Of a DNA stretch of 36,542 bases, positions 18,241-26,487 are shown one piece after another. The notes under the pieces are model-generated. The model saw only the letters and a program-made list of their open reading frames with translations, ran no database searches and was not told where the DNA came from. The stretch is from a virus (lineage: Duplodnaviria; Caudoviricetes), in the IMG/VR virus record IMGVR_UViG_3300032212_000084, positions 1 to 36,542 of that record; one strand, 5' to 3'. Both the position numbers and the translations under genes were made by a program. Numbering within the stretch: the first letter of the stretch is position 1; every line of letters starts with the position of its first letter.

Positions 18241-19931
18241 TAAAAGTTTCCTGTGACATAAAGAATTGATCTTTCTGCAGTGACGTATAGGATTGCATCA
18301 TCTGTAACAACAACAGCTCCACCCATAACCGGCACTAAACCCGTTAATAACAGCTCACCAACTGGGACAGTGATTGTCACATCTGCAATAGAGTTAATTG
18401 TGGGCGCTTGACCTGTTAATGTGATATTTCCTGTAGCTGGGTCAACTACAACTTCAGCCCCAATTGCTATGACAGGCGCTTGACCTGTAAACGTTACACT
18501 GCCAGTAGGTACTTCAATTGTCTTCGGGGTGAATATTGTTGGAGAATTACCGACTAAGCTTAAGTTCCCTGTAGGAACCTCAATCGAAACATCGTTACCT
18601 ATCAGAACTGCTGGCGCGTATCCAGTGAGCGTTAAATCTGCAGTAGGTATTGCAATTGTCTGGTGGTCTGATATTGCAACTGTTGGCGCTAAACCCGCTA
18701 ACCCAAGACTTGCAACTGGAACACTTACTGTTGTGCCGCTTGTCGAATCAGCCAGAGCTAAAACAATAAACTCTCTGAGCGCGCCGCTTGTATTAGCCCA
18801 TGTCGTTCTTAGATTATTAGTCTGAAGCGTTGCCGTTGCATCTCCAACATTTGTTCCATTTGGATTCCGATAAAATATAGCGTCTGCGTCTGATCGCGCA
18901 TATTCTTCGTCAGACGTGCTAGCGTTATAATTATCAGCAAACATTACCGCTCTGTGGTTTGTGCCGTCGCTAAACCCTACTGTTGTTAATGCATAATTAT
19001 TTATTGCTGTTGAGCTAGTGCTACCATAACTCAGTAATTCCACGGTTTCCGGTGTGAAAGTCAGCGCCGTGTCTACTGTTGTATCAGTAGCTGGCTCGGT
19101 ATCTATTGCTAACTCTGCATCAACTCCACCATAAGCAACATAACAAACAAGACCCGCATTAGTTGCGTGTACGTCTGTATAATTCAGCGTAAATTTGCTT
19201 GTGCCCATCGCGCAAGTCGTAGCAACCGGCACACCTGTGAACCATGTTCCGCCAAATGAGTTAATGTAGCGCTGCATGTAGCCGCTAATCTGAGCACGAC
19301 GTGGTGCTGTTGGATTTAGTCCGTCTCCCGATGACGTACTGATTAAATAATGTGTTGTCCCATCCGATACGCCCATTGTTAAAAAGTGCGCGGTTTGTGC
19401 GCCGGTCGTTGTACTAGTACCGACTGTATAAAGTTTTACCAATTTTGGATCAAAAGCTGTCGTAACGTCTTTGTTTCCGGTTGTGCCGGTTGGTGTATTA
19501 AAATTCCCTACTTCAAAATCTGCACCCGCTAGCGCTCGGTAAAATATCGTTGTGTTTGTACCTGGAGCGCTGTTGACTGTTAATGTAAACCCGTCCGAAT
19601 CCAAACTTGAAACACTGTATTCGAAATCTAATGACGCACCACCAACATTTACCGATGCTAAACATCTGTTTGTGTTTATAGATCGTGCAGTGTTTGACGG
19701 GCTAACATTATCTTGCATTGCAGTACTAGCGACAAACTGATTAGTCCCATCAGTTGCGCCGTACATAAACCCCACATTTGCATCACCAGCAACAACACCC
19801 GTGGCCGTTCCTGCTGCTGCCTGCCCTATAAATTCTACTAATCCAGGTTGGAATCCTACTCCCGTGACTGCGATTGTTCCGCTGTCAGTAGTAGTTATAT
19901 TGAACGAACCGCAATGAACACTAAGCGCCAT
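18240..19931 (-). CDS. Fibre/receptor-binding-like protein with internal repeats
   Basis: Thr/Gly/Ser-rich; three long N-terminal repeats (F.P......G..DGT) and six ~24-aa C-terminal VP.G.L.L.G..P repeats. Confidence 0.65.
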   Translation of the reverse strand: MALSVHCGSFNITTTDSGTIAVTGVGFQPGLVEFIGQAAAGTATGVVAGDANVGFMYGATDGTNQFVASTAMQDNVSPSNTARSINTNRCLASVNVGGASLDFEYSVSSLDSDGFTLTVNSAPGTNTTIFYRALAGADFEVGNFNTPTGTTGNKDVTTAFDPKLVKLYTVGTSTTTGAQTAHFLTMGVSDGTTHYLISTSSGDGLNPTAPRRAQISGYMQRYINSFGGTWFTGVPVATTCAMGTSKFTLNYTDVHATNAGLVCYVAYGGVDAELAIDTEPATDTTVDTALTFTPETVELLSYGSTSSTAINNYALTTVGFSDGTNHRAVMFADNYNASTSDEEYARSDADAIFYRNPNGTNVGDATATLQTNNLRTTWANTSGALREFIVLALADSTSGTTVSVPVASLGLAGLAPTVAISDHQTIAIPTADLTLTGYAPAVLIGNDVSIEVPTGNLSLVGNSPTIFTPKTIEVPTGSVTFTGQAPVIAIGAEVVVDPATGNITLTGQAPTINSIADVTITVPVGELLLTGLVPVMGGAVVVTDDAILYVTAERSILYVTGNF

Positions 19932-20254
19932 TAGATTACCTGCAATCTAGCGTTAAGCGTTGCTTTATTGTCATAACCGAAAATGCGCGCCTGAGCCATT
20001 GAAACTACTACCTGGAAATCATTTGCAAATTTTTCTTTATCTGCATGAGCTTGATATAGAGCAATAACTGCATCTAGCTCGGTTTCGTCTGCCGTCCCTA
20101 TTTCCAAACCTAACGCGGTCATTACTTCAGTTTTCGTTTTTTGCCCTCGATGCATTTCAAATAATGCCCCGTACACCTGGGCCGATGACAAAGCGCCCGA
20201 GTCACCGCCCTCATGATACGGTGGTTTATGTACTAATCTATCCAACAGACTCAT
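19931..20254 (-). CDS. Hypothetical protein, first gene of fibre module
   Basis: GGAG upstream; TAATG coupling to next gene. Confidence 0.6.
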   Translation of the reverse strand: MSLLDRLVHKPPYHEGGDSGALSSAQVYGALFEMHRGQKTKTEVMTALGLEIGTADETELDAVIALYQAHADKEKFANDFQVVVSMAQARIFGYDNKATLNARLQVI

Positions 20255-20290
20255 TTTTTACCCACTCCATTTATTACCCGCATGGCTGAA

Positions 20291-20521
20291 CTAAACAGGC
20301 AGCTCACAATAAACAACGCCTTGAAATATTGGCGGTGGAAATATTTTTTTACTCGGCGATAACGGCCTAAACCCAAACCATATTTTTAAATCGGGCGACC
20401 AAATAAAATGCGGCCCTGGGTAATACAAAGACCAACGCATAGCAATATAGCCGCGATATCTAATAAACTGATAGATTGCCCAGAATAAACAATTGCTGTG
20501 CTTAGGCTTCCATAGTTCCAT
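20291..20521 (-). CDS. Hypothetical aromatic-rich phage protein
   Basis: Likely start at MELWK (20521), downstream of terminator; SNCLFWA...PHFIW. Confidence 0.55.
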   Translation of the reverse strand: MELWKPKHSNCLFWAIYQFIRYRGYIAMRWSLYYPGPHFIWSPDLKIWFGFRPLSPSKKIFPPPIFQGVVYCELPV

Positions 20522-20549
20522 AATTGAACTGCCGTTTTCTTTAGGCAAT

Positions 20550-20583
20550 AAAAAACCCGCCAAGAGGGAGGTCAAGGCGGGTT
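20550..20583 (-). terminator. Intrinsic terminator before late genes
   Basis: CCCGCC...GGCGGG stem, T-run on minus strand. Confidence 0.7.
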
Positions 20584-20670
20584 AAGCTCGGATAGTTGCT
20601 AAATCAAATTAGCTACAAATCGTTCCAGTTAACGAAATGTAAAATCCCCTGAACGGGGTCCAATAGACAT

Positions 20671-20703
20671 AAAAAATGCGCCACGAGGTTTCCCAAGGGC
20701 GCA
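20671..20703 (-). terminator. Intrinsic terminator before late genes
   Basis: TGCGCC...GGCGCA stem, T6 on minus strand. Confidence 0.7.
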
Positions 20704-20722
20704 CTTTTCACGAATATTGAGA

Positions 20723-21019
20723 TTAGTGTAGTTCGAGGCTAGCTTTTTTGCAAGTCTTAAGCAACTCTCGCCTCTTCTTCGTGCTTTCCGCTTGTTGTTT
20801 CTGATATGGCATCCAGCAACAAACACTTTCTGGGCAATTTCCTGCATCACCATGAAACAAAGGAACGGAAGTTTTTGAAAAGCTTTCACCATTTCCGTTA
20901 TGGACTGCTAAATTTACCATGCCGTCATTCCAGACATAACAAATCAATGCAGGCATCATCTGATCGCTAATACTAGAATCCTTATACCAAACGACACGCC
21001 CAATAGTTGGTTTAATCAT
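20723..21019 (-). CDS. Hypothetical phage protein
   Basis: GAGGA RBS before ATG 21019; KPTIGRVVWY...VNLAV...WMPYQ. Confidence 0.65.
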   Translation of the reverse strand: MIKPTIGRVVWYKDSSISDQMMPALICYVWNDGMVNLAVHNGNGESFSKTSVPLFHGDAGNCPESVCCWMPYQKQQAESTKKRRELLKTCKKASLELH

Positions 21020-21100
21020 AATAATTCCTCTTAAATTTTGCACCGGCCAATATTGCATTTACCAGAAGCCCCGGTGCTATAGATTTCTGATTGCAAACCG

Positions 21101-21652
21101 TCATAACTTCGCATCCACATGACACCACAACAGTTTCAAGTTCACTTTGTAGGTCGATAAAGGTATTTCTAACTCCCTAGCCGCTAACTCATTGACATTC
21201 TCATCAGCATATTTGTAATGCGCTATCTGAAACAGCACATGCTTTTCAGTATCGTATTGCAGCTCGTTAAGTATTGCTTCGATCTTCATAACAATCTTAC
21301 TTGGTTTTGAAGAAGGCCTTACTCTCGCACCCTTAGCTTCTTTCGGGTAAGCCGCTCTAAACGTCATGTGTTTATCAGAGTTATCTTTCCATCCACATTT
21401 AGTACAGCTATTCAGGTTTTTAGGATGAAGCGATGCTTTGCATTGAGGGCAATTTAATTGCTCCCTAACCTTTTCAAACTTAGCTTTAAGTAACTTTAGT
21501 TTTTCATCTCTACTCAACCGTCGTGGTTTACTCTGTGCGATGGCATGCTCAACCGTTGTGGATTTATACCCGAGCTGAGTATTAACGCCACCTGCAGGTT
21601 GACGCTGATACTCGCCCCACAATTTCAATGCTCTTTTAGCTGCTGAAAACAT
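21101..21652 (-). CDS. Late antiterminator Q-like protein with zinc-ribbon insert
   Basis: LKLWGEY N-terminus, C-terminal HTH (AARELEIPLSTY), CxxC...CxxC; sits before tandem terminators. Confidence 0.6.
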   Translation of the reverse strand: MFSAAKRALKLWGEYQRQPAGGVNTQLGYKSTTVEHAIAQSKPRRLSRDEKLKLLKAKFEKVREQLNCPQCKASLHPKNLNSCTKCGWKDNSDKHMTFRAAYPKEAKGARVRPSSKPSKIVMKIEAILNELQYDTEKHVLFQIAHYKYADENVNELAARELEIPLSTYKVNLKLLWCHVDAKL

Positions 21653-21677
21653 AAAACCCTTTTAGGAGTCCGATTGT

Positions 21678-22190
21678 CTAACCGTTGGCCGCTTGTGGTA
21701 TATCTGCCAAGTGCAAATCCATCGCTAGTTTTGCTAACAATAACGCTTCAGCCCTATTGTGATCTTTCGATCTTCTAAGCGGTGCCTGTTGAAACATACG
21801 AATCGCCATAGCCGTGGAATAGTCTTTAGGTTTCTTTGTCAGTCCCATTTTTGATTTCCAGCTACTAGGCCAAGCAACATCAAAATGCATTTCCTCAATT
21901 TCAAGACACGCCTGGATTGCGCCATAGCTTTCAAGTATTGAGGCTTGTGTACCTGGGTGAATCCCGCCATAAACTGTTTGCGCTTCCACAATGCAGAATG
22001 AAGGGATTGAACCAAGGTCCGTGATTCGTTCAAATGTTTTGCACAGCTCTTTCGAATCAATTTTTTTCTTAACTTTTCCGTTTGCTTCTTTTTCCCTGGT
22101 AGGCAAGTCAATCACTTCGAGATACTGGCCTTTGTGGTCCAGTACCCCTATTGCTCCGGTCAAGCCTGGGTCAATGCCGATGTAGATCAT
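21678..22190 (-). CDS. RuvC-like Holliday junction resolvase
   Basis: YIGIDPGLTGAI, IVEAQ, PSSWK, DHNRAEALL; ATGA overlap puts start at 22190. Confidence 0.85.
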   Translation of the reverse strand: MIYIGIDPGLTGAIGVLDHKGQYLEVIDLPTREKEANGKVKKKIDSKELCKTFERITDLGSIPSFCIVEAQTVYGGIHPGTQASILESYGAIQACLEIEEMHFDVAWPSSWKSKMGLTKKPKDYSTAMAIRMFQQAPLRRSKDHNRAEALLLAKLAMDLHLADIPQAANG

Positions 22191-22597
22191 TCCACAAGCT
22201 CCCAATCATCAGCAAGCATGTCAGTTTGAGAAGCCAGCCATGGCACGATTTCACCTGTGGCTGTTTTCATGTCAATGTGAGGGTGATAATTAATCTCAGC
22301 CCCTTCAGGATAAATGCCTAGCAATGGTGGACGATTAACTTGAAACGTAGATCCAGGAACGAGAAATAGAAACATACCCTTCCCATTCCAGCCACGACGT
22401 GCGACTTTAGCCCCTTTCTTCATCGCCTCAATCGCAAGCCCGAAGTTCATTCCAACAGTTTCACGATAAGCTTCTTCAAACACTTTTTTTGGCGACCAGG
22501 ATCTATAACCATCTGGATACTCTACCGCGTAGCCTTCTTGATTGTTCTGGCTCTGTGGAGTTGCCTTAATAATCTTTGTTCCGATGTATAGATTCAT
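22187..22597 (-). CDS. DUF2829 (Tad2-like) protein with N-terminal YIGTK...SWSPK domain
   Basis: MNFGLAIEAMKKG.KVARRGWNGKGMF...PWLASQTDMLADDW is the DUF2829 signature. Confidence 0.85.
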   Translation of the reverse strand: MNLYIGTKIIKATPQSQNNQEGYAVEYPDGYRSWSPKKVFEEAYRETVGMNFGLAIEAMKKGAKVARRGWNGKGMFLFLVPGSTFQVNRPPLLGIYPEGAEINYHPHIDMKTATGEIVPWLASQTDMLADDWELVE

Positions 22598-22598
22598 C

Positions 22599-22724
22599 TC
22601 AATTCCCCTGTAAAGTCATTAAAAAAATAAAAGCCCAAAAAATCACAATAAACAAAACCCCATAAATCGAGCTTTTACCGTGATCAATATGCTCATAGCT
22701 ATTCTTTCTGCGATAGTGCTTCAT
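22599..22724 (-). CDS. 41-aa single-TM peptide
   Basis: ATGA-coupled start at 22724; IYGVLFIVIFWAFIFLM. Confidence 0.5.
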   Translation of the reverse strand: MKHYRRKNSYEHIDHGKSSIYGVLFIVIFWAFIFLMTLQGN

Positions 22725-22864
22725 AACATTCCCTTTTGCATTTGCCTTACACGTCTTGCACATTCTTGCTTGCCATTGTGCGGCCTGAACCAATACTTAA
22801 CGCGAATTTCGCGCTTCTTTGTTTTCAAGCCATATATTTTTTTCCAAATAAGATCTGTCTGCAT
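22721..22864 (-). CDS. 47-aa basic phage protein (not in ORF track)
   Basis: MQTDLIWKK...RPHNGKQECARRVRQMQKGML fills the gap; ATGA coupling to the next gene. Confidence 0.55.
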   Translation of the reverse strand: MQTDLIWKKIYGLKTKKREIRVKYWFRPHNGKQECARRVRQMQKGML

Positions 22865-22870
22865 ACCCAC

Positions 22871-23071
22871 TTAACTTTCCTCCAGTTCCTCTTCATCAGT
22901 TACCGATTCTGTGCTCATGTCTTGACATTCATGCTGCGCGAGCTCAGTTCCAAATAATTCATCATTTCCTTTCCCGCAAAACTTCTTTTCCCTATCTGGA
23001 AATAATCCTTCTAACTTTGCGCATCGAAAACAGATCGTTCGATGAAGTTCTGGAAGGATAAGTAATTTCAT
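22871..23071 (-). CDS. Small Cys-containing nin-region protein
   Basis: CxxC...C...C; ATGA coupling. Confidence 0.55.
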   Translation of the reverse strand: MKLLILPELHRTICFRCAKLEGLFPDREKKFCGKGNDELFGTELAQHECQDMSTESVTDEEELEES

Positions 23072-23181
23072 AAAAACTTAACCGGCTTTCCAAGACGTTT
23101 AGCTAAGCGCTTAAATTCGGCTATTGCTGCTCTGTTTGCGCCTGTGACTTCAATGCAGTCTTCTGTGATGGTAATTTTCAA
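23068..23181 (-). CDS. 37-aa protein (not in ORF track)
   Basis: TTG start overlaps upstream TGA and stop overlaps downstream ATG; MKITITEDCIEV...PVKFL. Confidence 0.45.
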   Translation of the reverse strand: MKITITEDCIEVTGANRAAIAEFKRLAKRLGKPVKFL

Positions 23182-23411
23182 GCGACTTTACCCCAAGGCT
23201 GACAAAAGGCTAATCGTTCAACCTCGTCAAGTCTGGGCTTTTCTGGGCGTTCTTCTTCACCGAGCAATCGACTAAGGTCTAATTTCTTCATGCGATTCAC
23301 TAACGCTGTTGCTGTCCTGCCTAGCTCTTCAGCCATTACGACAACAAGCGTTGTTTTGTGATGTTCACGTAAATACTGCTCTTCGTGTTCTTGCCACGGT
23401 CTGCCTTTCAT
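23178..23411 (-). CDS. Small Myb/HTH-like protein
   Basis: RPWQEHEEQYLREH...MAEELGRT pattern. Confidence 0.6.
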   Translation of the reverse strand: MKGRPWQEHEEQYLREHHKTTLVVVMAEELGRTATALVNRMKKLDLSRLLGEEERPEKPRLDEVERLAFCQPWGKVA

Positions 23412-23413
23412 GG

Positions 23414-23872
23414 TTACGCCACCTCCTGCTTGTCCATTCGCTTAAAAAATTCTATGCCTGTAATTTTTTCCCGCATTCGTTCAACGTAAGCTTTATGGCT
23501 CTCGCCTGGCTGTTTGTAATCTTTTGGGTTTTGCTTCATTCGCAATTTCATCAGCGAAACGACATAAGGCGTTCTGTCAGGAAGTCCATTTTTTTGATAT
23601 TCGTACAAAACCTTTCGGCCTTCCGCCTTGTTGGTCGCCTTGTAGTGACCAGGACAAAACCATGGTCCTTTACCTTCACGCGTATCGCTGGACATGGTGC
23701 CTGGTGCTGGACATTGGTTACTCTCGTCTTCCCATTCGCAAAGGCCATAGCGTGGATCGCGCTTAGCTTGTTGTGTGAATGTGCCCTTTGGCCTTTTCCA
23801 ACCACAAGCGCATTTTGCTGATCCAGGGTTTAACGGGTCGCCGCAATCAGGGCAATATTTTCCTTCAGCCAT
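23414..23872 (-). CDS. Zinc-binding protein after the replication initiator
   Basis: CPDC...CAC and C..C..CPGH clusters; occupies the helicase-loader position. Confidence 0.6.
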   Translation of the reverse strand: MAEGKYCPDCGDPLNPGSAKCACGWKRPKGTFTQQAKRDPRYGLCEWEDESNQCPAPGTMSSDTREGKGPWFCPGHYKATNKAEGRKVLYEYQKNGLPDRTPYVVSLMKLRMKQNPKDYKQPGESHKAYVERMREKITGIEFFKRMDKQEVA

Positions 23873-24635
23873 TGTTCACCGCCTGTGGGAATTGAGGAAC
23901 TTCGGCAACACATTCGCCCAAGTAGGTTGAAAAATGTTTTTTAGCGAAAAGTGTTTCAGGTCTGAGATATTTCGACATTTTGTCGTCTTGGCCCCAGTCT
24001 CGCCATTTTCGAATAATCACCGTTCGCATATTCTGAACCGTGTACCCTTCGCGAAGTCTGTCCATGATCAGGGTTGAGTTTGTGGTTGGTTGTCCTTTGG
24101 GGTTTTTAGCTAGGTAATTTCTTTGGAGCTTTTCGTTCATGAAATTTAAAACTTCCGTAGCTTGCGAAATGAGTGTCATGCGGTTGGAGGGAGTTTCTTG
24201 CTCCAACATTAACTCCTTCCCTTCCCTTCCTTTCCCTTCCTTTCCCTTCCCTTCCGCTTTCACACCACTTTCACGCGTGTCTGACGCGTTGTCCACGCGT
24301 GGTTTACGCGTTGTTTTTGGAGGTAGAATACTGTCTGCTTCTCGATTATTGATCGCTTGATGTACTTTGAAGGATAAAATTTCTGCATATTCTTTCCCTT
24401 CAACCTCATAGATTTCTATTAAGCCAATGGATAAAAGCTCGTTTGCTAGCTTTAAAATGTCGCAATTATCGCCAGGAAAATAACGAAGTTTTAGTGTTTT
24501 TGGTTTCCAGATTAAGCGCCCTTCTCGGTCTGCTTCACACCACAAAGAGATGTAAAAAAGTCGTGCAATGGGACTTAGTTCAACGATGTCTTCAGAGGTA
24601 AAAAATTCGGGTTTGATGGTTCTAATTCGAGCCAT
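23865..24635 (-). CDS. Phage replication initiator
   Basis: MARIRTIKPEFF...ADREGR N-terminus, EGKG linker, YLRPETLF C-terminal domain; internal iterons. Confidence 0.85.
   Translation of the reverse strand: MARIRTIKPEFFTSEDIVELSPIARLFYISLWCEADREGRLIWKPKTLKLRYFPGDNCDILKLANELLSIGLIEIYEVEGKEYAEILSFKVHQAINNREADSILPPKTTRKPRVDNASDTRESGVKAEGKGKEGKGREGKELMLEQETPSNRMTLISQATEVLNFMNEKLQRNYLAKNPKGQPTTNSTLIMDRLREGYTVQNMRTVIIRKWRDWGQDDKMSKYLRPETLFAKKHFSTYLGECVAEVPQFPQAVNNG
24215..24311. promoter_or_regulatory. Putative replication origin
   Basis: Four ACGCGT at 24273, 24284, 24295 and 24306 (11-bp phase) next to a (CCTTC/T)n pyrimidine tract, inside the initiator gene. Confidence 0.7.
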
Positions 24636-24716
24636 AAAAGACCACCTTAATTGAAATAAAACGTAGCAGTCGAGCCGATTGTGATAACCACAAAAATAAT
24701 GATTAACAAAACCAGC

Positions 24717-25091
24717 TCAACTTTCTGATGGATGTTCATTGCTTTGAACCAATGTCATACGGCGTTCACTTCCGTCTAGAGTTTCATCCTCTGAAATCAT
24801 TTGCTCTTTAGCTAATGTGACAAGACTTTGATATTTCTTTTTAGAAATAATCACGTCCTCTTTACTCGCTAATTTAACGCCAAACTCATCAAACAGTTTT
24901 GCTAACTGAGTTAGTTTGAACCCTGTCTCTCCCGACACTTTACGAGATGTTTCACTCTCAGCAATTTCTAGTGTTTTGGAAATGTGAGAATTTCCTTTGC
25001 AAAGAATAATTTGCAAGAGTTTTACGTGCGTTTCTGACATTTCCTGTTTCCCTCTCAGATAATGCATTTGCCGAGCTAAATTGTCTTTCAT
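24717..25091 (-). CDS. CII-like transcriptional activator
   Basis: After cro; HTH ISKTLEIAESETSRK and YQSLVTLAK resemble CII; GAGGTG RBS. Confidence 0.7.
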   Translation of the reverse strand: MKDNLARQMHYLRGKQEMSETHVKLLQIILCKGNSHISKTLEIAESETSRKVSGETGFKLTQLAKLFDEFGVKLASKEDVIISKKKYQSLVTLAKEQMISEDETLDGSERRMTLVQSNEHPSES

Positions 25092-25199
25092 TTGGTTTCA
25101 CCTCTTTGTCGTTATTCCGTAACGTACTTCTCCCTACCCCATTCCTATGGTTTATTTCCGTTCCCTTCCCACATTCTTTGGTGGGATAGTTAAGCCTGG

Positions 25200-25379
25200 T
25201 TAGGCGGCGTCCTCTTGGCTATTAACCTTAAGTTCGCCATTAGTAATTTTTTCAATTTGAAAGGCTCTTAATTCAGGGACGTAATCACCCCATTGAGAAA
25301 TTGCGGATTTATTAATGCCAAGCGCATCAGCAAGCTTGACTTGGCTGCCAAAGAATTCGATAGCTTCGTTTTTCTTCAT
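25200..25379 (-). CDS. cro: Cro repressor, 59 aa (not in ORF track)
   Basis: MKKNEAIEFFGSQVKLADALGINKSAISQWGDYVPELRAFQIEKITNGELK, P22-Cro-like; divergent from cI. Confidence 0.9.
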   Translation of the reverse strand: MKKNEAIEFFGSQVKLADALGINKSAISQWGDYVPELRAFQIEKITNGELKVNSQEDAA

Positions 25380-25413
25380 GTGCGGTGTACTTTCAATCAG
25401 TTGAGTTATGCAA

Positions 25414-25479
25414 AAAGTTTAGCATAGTAAACTTTATGTGTACAGGACGATAAACCAATAAAAGTTTAGACTTCTTAAC
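25414..25479. promoter_or_regulatory. OR operators with PR
   Basis: GTTTA-N6-TAAAC-type sites at 25417, 25440 and 25464; minus-strand TGTACA-17-TAAACT with extended TG. Confidence 0.75.
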
Positions 25480-26127
25480 ATGGCGATATCAGATAGAATT
25501 AAAGAACGAATGAAAGAGCTTGATATGCGCCCTGCTGATATCGCTAGGGAATCTGGCGTATCTAAGGGAGCTGTCAGTCAATGGGTAAATGGCATTTCAG
25601 AACCGAATGCTAGAAATATCTTATTACTATCAAAGACTTTGAAGTGCTCTGCGCCTTGGCTGCAAGGCTTGGGTAGAGCTGTACGTGAAAAAGATAATCA
25701 AGAAATTGAAAATATTTATGCCGACCTGGAAAAGCTTAAAGAGGCTGTTTATCAGGAAAACGCCAACCCATTTAGAGATTCAATAATTGAAAATATTAAT
25801 AAACTCATGAATCATTATGCAATTAGATCTCCTGACGAATTAGCAAATCTAGCTTATATTGAACCTTCATTCATTAACGATTTTATGGGTGGTGAATTGA
25901 GGCTAGGAATACCATCTCTACATCTTATCAATGAAATAGCAAAAGTATTTGATATACCGCCATGGATGCTAACAATCCCTAAAATACCTATTGAAATGTT
26001 AACTACACCGTCATTAAAGGAAGTGGTTAATACAATGTGCAAAGTTGATGTAGATGGTAAACGGGAAATATATCGAGTGGCAAAAAATGAGCTAAGGTAC
26101 TGGGAAGGCAATCCAGAAAAACAATAA
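25480..26127 (+). CDS. CI-like repressor, Xre HTH plus second HTH-like domain
   Basis: IARESGVSKGAVSQWVNG HTH; divergent from cro; no S24 peptidase motifs seen. Confidence 0.85.
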   Translation: MAISDRIKERMKELDMRPADIARESGVSKGAVSQWVNGISEPNARNILLLSKTLKCSAPWLQGLGRAVREKDNQEIENIYADLEKLKEAVYQENANPFRDSIIENINKLMNHYAIRSPDELANLAYIEPSFINDFMGGELRLGIPSLHLINEIAKVFDIPPWMLTIPKIPIEMLTTPSLKEVVNTMCKVDVDGKREIYRVAKNELRYWEGNPEKQ

Positions 26128-26128
26128 G

Positions 26129-26269
26129 CTATGTTCTATAAAAAGACTTCCCGCACCTGGCGCACTTAAAGACCTTATGGCCTTCAAGGCTGGTGCGGTG
26201 GAATTTGTATTTGTGGCCTAGGAGGAGGCAGGTGAGGCGGTTAAAGAAACTAAGCCGCTGAGTGCTCAT
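26129..26269 (-). CDS. 46-aa zinc-finger-like protein (DUF1660-like)
   Basis: CLLLGHKY...CARCG; ATG 26269 overlaps upstream gene end. Confidence 0.55.
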   Translation of the reverse strand: MSTQRLSFFNRLTCLLLGHKYKFHRTSLEGHKVFKCARCGKSFYRT

Positions 26270-26465
26270 ACTCAGCGATACGGCGCTCCTGCATGGTATT
26301 TCCAGAGTGGCGGCGAGCGTTACCGCACATAAGGCAGGAGCACGGTTTTGGAGTGTCCACTGCAATACTCAGAGCTTTTTTTTCATCTTTAAGATCTCTA
26401 CCCCAATGGAAACGACGATTCTTCTTCAGCCGCTCCCTATGGTGTCTTCTTAGTGCTCTGCTCAT
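26250..26465 (-). CDS. Basic Arg-rich CxCxxC protein
   Basis: RALRRHHRERLKK...TPKPCSCLMCGNARR; AGGA RBS. Confidence 0.65.
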   Translation of the reverse strand: MSRALRRHHRERLKKNRRFHWGRDLKDEKKALSIAVDTPKPCSCLMCGNARRHSGNTMQERRIAEYEHSAA

Positions 26466-26487
26466 AATATATAGTCCTAGGAGAATA

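Noticed and set aside
3001-19740. Many + strand ORFs within the structural region (e.g. 3001-3234, 4730-5029, 12699-13010, 18529-18825)
   Set aside because: Antisense shadows of well-supported minus-strand genes, without recognisable motifs
7300-19931. Diversity-generating retroelement or invertase-driven fibre switching
   Set aside because: No reverse transcriptase, no serine invertase and no template/variable repeat pair seen
20584-20722. Phage-encoded tRNA after the Q-like gene
   Set aside because: No cloverleaf or T-loop consensus; only terminator-type hairpins
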